A stretch of DNA of 25,565 nt from Candidatus Heimdallarchaeota archaeon (GTDB lineage Archaea; Asgardarchaeota; Heimdallarchaeia; Heimdallarchaeales; Heimdallarchaeaceae), in contig JAEOTE010000103.1 in assembly GCA_016839945.1 (NCBI GenBank), forward strand, positions 1 through 25,565, written 5' to 3'. The notes beneath the pieces are model-generated. The model ran no database searches. It was not told where the DNA came from and saw only the letters and a list, made by a program, of their open reading frames with translations. Positions 18,376-25,565 of the stretch are shown piece after piece; position 1 is the first letter of the stretch, and the number at the start of each line of letters is the position of its first letter. The position numbers were made by a program, and so were the translations under genes.

Positions 18376-18462
18376 ATGTGTTCGATTTTACACAATCACT
18401 TTTTTAGATACACATGATAACTCTAGACTAAATTTATAACTATGTGTGAATTTATCATGTTG

Positions 18463-21400
18463 ATGAAAAAAACGAAGAAAATTAGTGTTGTACTTCTTAT
18501 ATCATTAACCTGTATCTCTTCATTACTTTTTTCATCAAACTCGCTAGCTCTTCCTGAAGCTGTCACTGACGACCCATTAGCGTTAATAAAGATGGCAAAT
18601 GATGTTTCCTTCACTCAAACAGAGATGGTCGTTGATAACAATAATAAAACTCATCTTTTCGTAAGAATTGTTCACTGGAATGGAACATTCGTTATTTATC
18701 ACATTGTGGAGAATACATTGACTATAGTTGATAAAGAACTCTTTGGTCAAATGATATTTGAAGCTCATTCTAATGATAATGGAGTGAGTTTGTTTTACAC
18801 ATATAGTGGACCTTCTTACATAGGATCTATACTGAAAATGTATAGATGGGAAGAAGGAGAATCAGATTTGATATTCGTTCTTTCTTCACAAGAATACATC
18901 GAAGAATTAACTATCATTGGCGATGAGGATTATTTTCATATCATTTATGCAAATTATCATAATGAGACTCATTCTTTTATAATCCATGGAAAGTATTACA
19001 GTGACTTATCCTATGTATTTACTCAACATTATGTCCCGTTCTTATTTTATGATATTGATTCATTTGTAGTTTTGAATGAACAACTCTTTGCTTTATATTT
19101 GTATCAACATTATAATGATTCAATTCAAAGAAGTATTTTTCAAATTACGGTATTTGGGGTTACTACAAATGGTTATTATAATTCAACAATTATAGACAGT
19201 AATCTAGATTGGGCTGAAACTAAACTTGTTGTGGGACAAGATAATTTATTTCATTTATCTCTACTTACTTATGGAATTTTTTATTCAGTAAGTTTTGGTA
19301 TAAATGAATCTATCTCTTTTTCATCCTTATTAGTAACGTCAATAGATTACTTTTTTGGGGAGTATGAAGCATATAGTTATGTCAACAAAACATTCTATGT
19401 ATTTAGTTCAACTTCAAGACTTTTTTATTATGAAGACAATCCATTTGATCAGCAATTCAGCATTACTCCTAAATTTGTAATTGTAACCACAAATAATCAA
19501 AGCTTAACAGTTGATACTGTAGTTGTAGATGGTGGTGTAGACAGATATGAACATTATTCAACTGATGCTTATATGTTCGAAAACGGTTCATACATATTCA
19601 GTTACACAACCTTACTTAGTAGAAAAGAAACCGCCAAATACCACATAATAGGAAGGTCTATACTTGCTTTGCAGTTATATTCTGATTTGAATATACCCCT
19701 ACCTGAAACTCCTCTGATGATCAATGTAAAAAGTCTTTCAGCAATTGCATACTTTTTCACACGATATTGGTATGCTTTTGTTATTCCAATTTCAGTTCTT
19801 GGACTTATTTATGGAATTTTCTTTAAAAGAATAAACAGGGGTTTATCAAAGCTCAAAGTTTTTCTCTTAAGACCAATAATCCCTGATGCTAAGAACCTTA
19901 AATTGATATTATTGAATACATGGTTATTTATTCAAAATGCATCTACACTGATAGTAACACTTTGGAAATCTAACAAAAAACGACTAGTTATTAGTCTTCT
20001 TGGTTTTACTATTTTAACTACAATTGTAATTACAAGCACCACATTGTTTGACTCAAAAAGAAGTACATTGGTATTTGATTTTCTTAGTAACTTTGATGTG
20101 GCTAATAATAATCAAGATTCTCTTTATTTTGAGATTCCAATTGATCGAATTTCAACATTTCCCTCAGGAATCATCAATCCTGACATAGTTCAATTCGCTT
20201 TTGAAAGAATTGAACATACAATTCAAACTAGAACGATTCTACTTTCTCAAATCGCTTCAAATTATCAGTATTCCTTGAGCTCTTCTCTTATTGGTTTCAA
20301 TTTAACTGGTGATAGTACTCATAGAAGATATTTAGGATATATTGGCTATACAAGTAATTATTCTGATGTAATGGAATCCTTCATACAAGAAGGATCTTTA
20401 CCAACTAAAGAAAATGAAACAATAATCTCAACTAACTTAGCAAACACTTACGATATTGATGTTGGAGAAACAATTACTATAAATGCAACATCAGAGGTAA
20501 TGTATTCTGCTGATTCTTTTGAACTAAAAGTTGTAGGAATATATCTTCCTCCAAGTTATCAATATTTACTTCAAGTTTGCAAGAATCACGACTTACCTTA
20601 CGATCCAATCAGCTTCATAGTTTCTGAAACAAATACAATTATGTTAGTTCAAACAGATTATTACTTAACAAACTTAGGTAATATTTCACGATTTGATTTT
20701 GACATGTTTGGTAGAGTTCAATTTCTGTATGATTTTAGCCAATTTCCAGCTGAAGGAATATATCAATTAAATGAAGAAATACAAGATCTTGAATACTCAA
20801 ATCCTCATTCTTTTCCATTTTCCGCTGGAGGTTCATGGTTTTTCTATAATGAATTTAGTTGGGCATTGTTTCTACTTGATAGCGCGATAAGAACTGTCCA
20901 GTTCCTTATTCTCTTTCTATCTATCCCAATAATGTATCTTGCTTGGTTTTTAATTTTTGAAGTCAATGAGTTATTTGGAGCTAGTTTCGAACAAGAAATT
21001 CAGATTTTACGATCAAAAGGAGTTTCTACGGGAAATATCTCCTTTATTTATTTGACGATGAAAGTTTTTGAAGTTACGATAGCTACAGCTTTAGGTTTCT
21101 TATTAACTCTTGCATTGGTTCCACCTTTAATGAGCATTGATAAATTTCTCAGTTTCAAATCAACAATCACTGTAGTCAATCTATCAAGTTTACCAATCGC
21201 TATGAGTATTGCTTTTGTTCTTCTGCTTTTTATCTCATTACCTAGAATAATTAGGATGTCTAAAACAAAAATAAAAGTTGAAAAACCACCTAGGAAATTT
21301 GTTCAACTGTTAAGGACTTTAAGACTTCATTATCTTCTTATTATCTTGTTTGGGGCTGGCATAATTGCTTTATCCTACTGGTTATTCGTAATGTTTGGAG

Positions 21401-22749
21401 GATTTTTCACTGATATCGAAAGTAATGTCTTGATTCTAGTTTTTGTTTATTTAATGGGTGTTGGGGCAATGATAGTTCTCTTAGGACTTGGATTATTTCT
21501 AAGAGATTTGCATAAGGTTTTCGTTATTATTTTCAGTAAGATCTCATGGAAAGCAAGCAAATCCAAATTTTCCTTCTCTTTGGTTGATGTACGTTCAGAT
21601 GTTAGTCTTTTCAATAATTCCTTCATGACTTATGTAATAATTATTGGAATCATTATGCCTTTTATTGTATCTCCACTAGCAATTCAAAATAGAGTTCAAG
21701 TAGAGTCACTATTTGCAGGAGGAAGTGATATCTTCATAGATAATTGGAACAGTTCTGATCTGAGTATTCTCCCAAAATTAGCAAACTATGAAGAGATTAT
21801 TAGTTTTACAAATATTACAGTTTATCAAAATGTATATGGATTAAACGTAATAAATACTTTTGTTCTTAATGAAACGGATGATTTTATATCAACTTCTTAT
21901 GAACCACCAGAGTATATATTTACGGATTGGAAACAACAAATAAGTAAGTTGGGAGAAAACCAAATGATGCTTGTTTCTGCTTCTTTCTATCAATATATGG
22001 CAAGAGAAGAGGACATATTCACTTTTAATGGACTATATTCAGATGTCACATTTGATATTGGAAGTGTTTTTGAATATTTCCCAATTTTCTTCACAGAAAG
22101 TTACTATTACTCTTATTACGAGCATCATATTGTAACAAATAAAGAGAATTATTTACTTATTAACCAAACAACAAGCGCTTGGGATGTTTCAACAAGAAGA
22201 TTACTAATAAAATTACGTCCCTTAGTAAACCAAATAAAATTCGCTGAAAGACTGAGAAGTGAGTTAAATATCAATATAGAAACAACTGATGAAATGGCAG
22301 ATGATATGTTGTTTCAGAATATTCCTTTCTATCCTGTTATTGTTTCTGAATTAGTATTTGGTATTCTCATATGTCTTGCTGCTGTTGTTTTTATAAGTAT
22401 AAGCAATCCCTTGAAAATCCTACAAAAACGAATTACTAAAAATGATGTACTTAAGAAGATAGGTATACCTACGAATTCTATCATATTTGTTTCCGGATTA
22501 GAATTTTTAGTGGCATGTGTATTACCTGGGTTAGCAATAGGTGGAGCAGCTGGATATGGTTTAGTTCAATTATTTAGTTTTCTATTTCTTGAAACTGGTT
22601 TTGGAGGAGCCAGTTTACCTTATGTAGTTCAGTTTCCTGTTTCTGCAATGCTACTAATTTTCATTGGAATACCTTTACTATTCTTTGGAATATTTTTCGC
22701 AGCAATGAAGGTGAACTTCATTAGATTTAGACCAAGAAATTTGGAGTGA
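18463..22749 (+). CDS. Giant duplicated MacB/FtsX-type permease with an N-terminal secreted beta-rich ectodomain
   Basis: Signal peptide (MKKTKK...SLA), about 400-aa ectodomain and a TM. Then two permease modules: KKRLVISLLG, GSLPTKENETIIS..LA..YDIDVGETITI, EQEIQILRSKGVS, GGSDIFI, NDVLKKIGIP. TTTATAA lies about 24 nt before ATG 18463 (track start 18442). Confidence 0.85.
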   Translation: MKKTKKISVVLLISLTCISSLLFSSNSLALPEAVTDDPLALIKMANDVSFTQTEMVVDNNNKTHLFVRIVHWNGTFVIYHIVENTLTIVDKELFGQMIFEAHSNDNGVSLFYTYSGPSYIGSILKMYRWEEGESDLIFVLSSQEYIEELTIIGDEDYFHIIYANYHNETHSFIIHGKYYSDLSYVFTQHYVPFLFYDIDSFVVLNEQLFALYLYQHYNDSIQRSIFQITVFGVTTNGYYNSTIIDSNLDWAETKLVVGQDNLFHLSLLTYGIFYSVSFGINESISFSSLLVTSIDYFFGEYEAYSYVNKTFYVFSSTSRLFYYEDNPFDQQFSITPKFVIVTTNNQSLTVDTVVVDGGVDRYEHYSTDAYMFENGSYIFSYTTLLSRKETAKYHIIGRSILALQLYSDLNIPLPETPLMINVKSLSAIAYFFTRYWYAFVIPISVLGLIYGIFFKRINRGLSKLKVFLLRPIIPDAKNLKLILLNTWLFIQNASTLIVTLWKSNKKRLVISLLGFTILTTIVITSTTLFDSKRSTLVFDFLSNFDVANNNQDSLYFEIPIDRISTFPSGIINPDIVQFAFERIEHTIQTRTILLSQIASNYQYSLSSSLIGFNLTGDSTHRRYLGYIGYTSNYSDVMESFIQEGSLPTKENETIISTNLANTYDIDVGETITINATSEVMYSADSFELKVVGIYLPPSYQYLLQVCKNHDLPYDPISFIVSETNTIMLVQTDYYLTNLGNISRFDFDMFGRVQFLYDFSQFPAEGIYQLNEEIQDLEYSNPHSFPFSAGGSWFFYNEFSWALFLLDSAIRTVQFLILFLSIPIMYLAWFLIFEVNELFGASFEQEIQILRSKGVSTGNISFIYLTMKVFEVTIATALGFLLTLALVPPLMSIDKFLSFKSTITVVNLSSLPIAMSIAFVLLLFISLPRIIRMSKTKIKVEKPPRKFVQLLRTLRLHYLLIILFGAGIIALSYWLFVMFGGFFTDIESNVLILVFVYLMGVGAMIVLLGLGLFLRDLHKVFVIIFSKISWKASKSKFSFSLVDVRSDVSLFNNSFMTYVIIIGIIMPFIVSPLAIQNRVQVESLFAGGSDIFIDNWNSSDLSILPKLANYEEIISFTNITVYQNVYGLNVINTFVLNETDDFISTSYEPPEYIFTDWKQQISKLGENQMMLVSASFYQYMAREEDIFTFNGLYSDVTFDIGSVFEYFPIFFTESYYYSYYEHHIVTNKENYLLINQTTSAWDVSTRRLLIKLRPLVNQIKFAERLRSELNINIETTDEMADDMLFQNIPFYPVIVSELVFGILICLAAVVFISISNPLKILQKRITKNDVLKKIGIPTNSIIFVSGLEFLVACVLPGLAIGGAAGYGLVQLFSFLFLETGFGGASLPYVVQFPVSAMLLIFIGIPLLFFGIFFAAMKVNFIRFRPRNLE

Positions 22750-22754
22750 TAAAG

Positions 22755-24494
22755 ATGATAAGATGTGAAGATCTAATAAAAATATATCAAGACCCAGTAA
22801 CTGAGGTTTCAGTTCCAGCATTAAGAGGATTAAATCTGCATATTAAGGAAGGAGAATTAGTAAGTGTTATTGGTCCTTCAGGAGCAGGAAAAACAACTTT
22901 AGTAAAACTTCTATCAGGTATAGAGGAACCAACTAGCGGAGCTATTTACATCAAAGATGCTAGATATGACAAGTTACCAGAATTCGAAAAAAGAGAATTT
23001 AGATTTTATAATGTTGGATTAATTCACCAATTTATTAGTGAAAATCTTTTTTCTCATTTAAGTGTCAAGCAGAATCTACTCATTCCTAAGAAAATTTTCT
23101 ACTTACCTCGAGAACAATCGATTAAAGAAGTTAATGAGTTGCTCAAACTTCTCAATCTAGAACATGTAACAAATAATACTGTTGAGAAACTAAGTGGTGG
23201 GGAAGCTATGCGGCTTTCACTTGGTGTTGCACTTGCTAAAAATCCTGAGATTCTTTTATGTGATGAACCAACTGGTCAACTAGATAGTCAAAATACAAAA
23301 GACATGGTAGAGACTTTAAAACAGGTAAATATGGCATTAGGAAAAACTATTTTGGTTGTAACTCATGATGTTCGATATAGAACTATTTTCGAAAAGAGTT
23401 TTATCATCAGAGATGGTCGTTTAGCAGGAATTAGTAAAGATATAGAAAGAGATGAATTAGAATTTCTAATGCATTCATCAGAAATAAATAGATCATATAT
23501 TGATCCATCCAATTTTGTTAGAATCCCAAATGAAATCAAGTCTGTTACAGCTCTAGGAGAAATAATTGAGTTTGATATTCATCCTTCTAAGAAAATGGGG
23601 ATTTTTTGGAACCCAGAAATTATGACAAGAGAACAAATATATGAGGTTTTAACAACATCTCCTGAAGATATAGAACAACAAATTGAAGAATTAAAATTCA
23701 AAGATATTGAACATCTACTTAGTAGAGAATTTATTCCTCCTAAAAAACCAAAAGTTGTTGTAAAAGTAAAGAATTTATCAAAAGGCTATCAATCACGAGC
23801 AGGCTTTGTAAATGTTATTGAAAAGATGAATTTGGATATACACGAAGGGGATTTTGTTTTTATATCAGGACCATCTGGAGTTGGTAAAACTACCCTTCTC
23901 AACCTTATTGCTGGGTTAATTAAACCTGACACTGGTGCAATATCTGTATTGAAATTCCCTATATCAACTGAAAAAGAAAATCCGGTTTCTCGTTTCAGGT
24001 TGAAAAATATAGCTTACATCTCACAACATAATAATCTCTTTAGTCCTCTGCAGGTTAAAGATAATTTACTAATTCCAAATCTATTTTCAGGAGAAAAATT
24101 TGATCTGGAATATGCTAACTCTATCTCGAAAGAATGCCATATTGATCATAAAATGGAAGCTTATCCGGGTGAATTATCCTCAGGTGAGACTCAGAGAGCA
24201 TCTCTGTGTGCAGCATTATCTCGAAAAACGAAAATTATTCTAGCAGATGAACCCTCAGCTAACATGGATAGTGAACTTGCTCGAACAATAATGGATTTGT
24301 TGATGGATATTGTTCGAATAAATAAAGCAACAATAATAACTTGTTCTCACGATTTATCATTGCTTAGACCTGGTTTTAGGCACATTAAACTACTTGATGG
24401 TAAAATAGAGTCTGATTCAAGAGTCTCAAAAGATGAATTGGAGGAAATCATCAGAGAATATCTCTTAATAGAGAGTAATAAGAAGAAAAAATGA
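22755..24494 (+). CDS. Tandem MacB/LolD-type ABC ATPase (two NBDs) with a central AbrB-like segment
   Basis: NBD1: GPSGAGKT, LSGGE, LLCDEPTG, VTHD. NBD2: GPSGVGKT, LSSGE, ILADEPSA, CSHD. Linker YIDPSNFVRIPNEIK. SD GGAGTGA at 22743-22749. Confidence 0.92.
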   Translation: MIRCEDLIKIYQDPVTEVSVPALRGLNLHIKEGELVSVIGPSGAGKTTLVKLLSGIEEPTSGAIYIKDARYDKLPEFEKREFRFYNVGLIHQFISENLFSHLSVKQNLLIPKKIFYLPREQSIKEVNELLKLLNLEHVTNNTVEKLSGGEAMRLSLGVALAKNPEILLCDEPTGQLDSQNTKDMVETLKQVNMALGKTILVVTHDVRYRTIFEKSFIIRDGRLAGISKDIERDELEFLMHSSEINRSYIDPSNFVRIPNEIKSVTALGEIIEFDIHPSKKMGIFWNPEIMTREQIYEVLTTSPEDIEQQIEELKFKDIEHLLSREFIPPKKPKVVVKVKNLSKGYQSRAGFVNVIEKMNLDIHEGDFVFISGPSGVGKTTLLNLIAGLIKPDTGAISVLKFPISTEKENPVSRFRLKNIAYISQHNNLFSPLQVKDNLLIPNLFSGEKFDLEYANSISKECHIDHKMEAYPGELSSGETQRASLCAALSRKTKIILADEPSANMDSELARTIMDLLMDIVRINKATIITCSHDLSLLRPGFRHIKLLDGKIESDSRVSKDELEEIIREYLLIESNKKKK

Positions 24495-24541
24495 TTACCC
24501 TAATACGAAGACTTTTTTTTTAATCCTACTAATTTCTCTTT

Positions 24542-25565
24542 ATGAATTTAAAAAAGCACTTCATAATATTTTTTATAATATTCAATTTATTCTTTCTGTC
24601 TTTCTTTTCCATGGATAAAGCAATGGCAGTTGTAAAACTGGAAGAAATATCTAGTTCCTCCTCTTTTATTACTTATGAAATGCAAGAATTTAGAAACCCT
24701 TTATTACAGCCTGTAATAGATGATAATTCAAGTGGAATATATCGTGATGGATCGATTCTTGAATTAGCTAGAAATATTGAATTATATGCATATTATAATT
24801 TTGATCCAGCAAATAATCCTACATCAAGAATTGATGATCTCTCTATAGTTCACAGAATATTAACTTACATCGATTTATTCTATACAGTCAACGATAGTTG
24901 GTTTCTTTTTACATGTAAAAACGCACTAGTTCCTTCTTTAAATCTTGGAGTTAATAACACCTTCATTCTTGGTCAAAATGGAGTAGCACCATATGAGATG
25001 TATGCAGAGGACAATTTCCTTTTAGTTATTATGTACGAAAGACTTGCTAAGGCATGTGAAATTGCAAATGATCCTATAAATCAAACTTATTGGAATATTG
25101 CTAGTAGTACTCTATCGCAGTTAGTAAATCTATATTATGTAGACTCTATAGGTATGATTAACACAACCCTAACTCTTGATTCATTATATGAAGTAGTAGG
25201 AGGTACAGATTACACATCTTCTAAAGCCGTAGGATTGTTCTCCATAGCTAACTATCTAGCAAAAGATAATTCAATTTACTATAATGAAACCCAAAAAGCT
25301 GTTGATTATTATTATACAAATGGGAGAAATTTAGTAACATTGAGTGATGCATCTACAGGTTCACTTCTTAGAAGTACGATTAACTCTCCTTTCGGATCAG
25401 ATAACGAAGCTTCTTTGCAGGGAAATCTTTTCTATACAACAGCTCTTCTTCAACATAGTGCATATCAAAAGCAAGGTGGTAATTATTCAGGTAATTTGGA
25501 TTATTTCTTTAAAGCTGAGGAAATAGAATTAAGTATATTTGATAAATTTTATAGTACGCAAACAA
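24542..25565 (+). CDS. Secreted helical-repeat (six-hairpin glycosidase-like) glycoprotein, 3'-truncated by the window edge
   Basis: Translated by hand: no stop from ATG 24542 to the end (341 codons). Signal peptide MNLKKHFIIFFIIFNLFFLSFFSMDKAMA. Repeated helix hairpins (YAEDNFLL...YWNIASSTL..L...YY; LQGNLFY...YFFKAEEI...FDKFY) and many NxS/T sequons. Confidence 0.75.
   Translation, partial: MNLKKHFIIFFIIFNLFFLSFFSMDKAMAVVKLEEISSSSSFITYEMQEFRNPLLQPVIDDNSSGIYRDGSILELARNIELYAYYNFDPANNPTSRIDDLSIVHRILTYIDLFYTVNDSWFLFTCKNALVPSLNLGVNNTFILGQNGVAPYEMYAEDNFLLVIMYERLAKACEIANDPINQTYWNIASSTLSQLVNLYYVDSIGMINTTLTLDSLYEVVGGTDYTSSKAVGLFSIANYLAKDNSIYYNETQKAVDYYYTNGRNLVTLSDASTGSLLRSTINSPFGSDNEASLQGNLFYTTALLQHSAYQKQGGNYSGNLDYFFKAEEIELSIFDKFYSTQT

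Noticed and set aside
10884-24494. Selenocysteine read-through at TGA stops (10886, 18375, 22749, 24494)
   Set aside because: The proteins appear complete at these stops, with no redox-motif context and no SECIS-like element noticed.
1302-25526. Short 60-108 aa ORFs in the track that overlap longer genes (e.g. 1302-1511, 3372-3554, 5214-5540, 8803-9054, 14647-14877, 25344-25526)
   Set aside because: They are antisense or alternate-frame shadows of well-supported CDSs, with no motifs or independent translation signals.
1-25565. CRISPR array, tRNA/rRNA, tandem repeats or DGR template/variable repeats
   Set aside because: Intergenic gaps are all under about 170 nt and AT-rich. No repeated units or GC-rich structured RNA were seen by eye; a self dot-plot and Infernal scan would be definitive.

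Overview
AT-rich, gene-dense chromosomal window, most likely from an Asgard archaeon (Heimdallarchaeia-like). This taxonomy is inferred from archaeal BRE/TATA-type promoters, GGAGGTGA/GGTG Shine-Dalgarno sites, sequon-rich secreted proteins and a standalone longin-like protein. In order: partial extended-SDR gene, bacterial-type phosphoglycerate kinase, longin-like protein, secreted membrane-anchored SOR-like metal-site protein, giant multidomain GNAT, ISOCOT-fold hypothetical, M24 peptidase. Next is a five-gene export operon (MacB/FtsX permease and ATPase, a PadR regulator with a large insertion in its HTH, a heterodimeric type IV ABC exporter) with a perfect 20-bp palindrome at its promoter. 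Then follow a circularly permuted single-lobe family-5 SBP derivative, an APH-like kinase, a small membrane protein, a giant ectodomain-fused double MacB permease with a tandem ATPase-AbrB-ATPase partner, and a secreted helical-repeat glycoprotein (absent from the ORF track) that runs off the right edge. No rRNA, tRNA, CRISPR or mobile element was seen. All family calls are by motif recognition; no searches were run.
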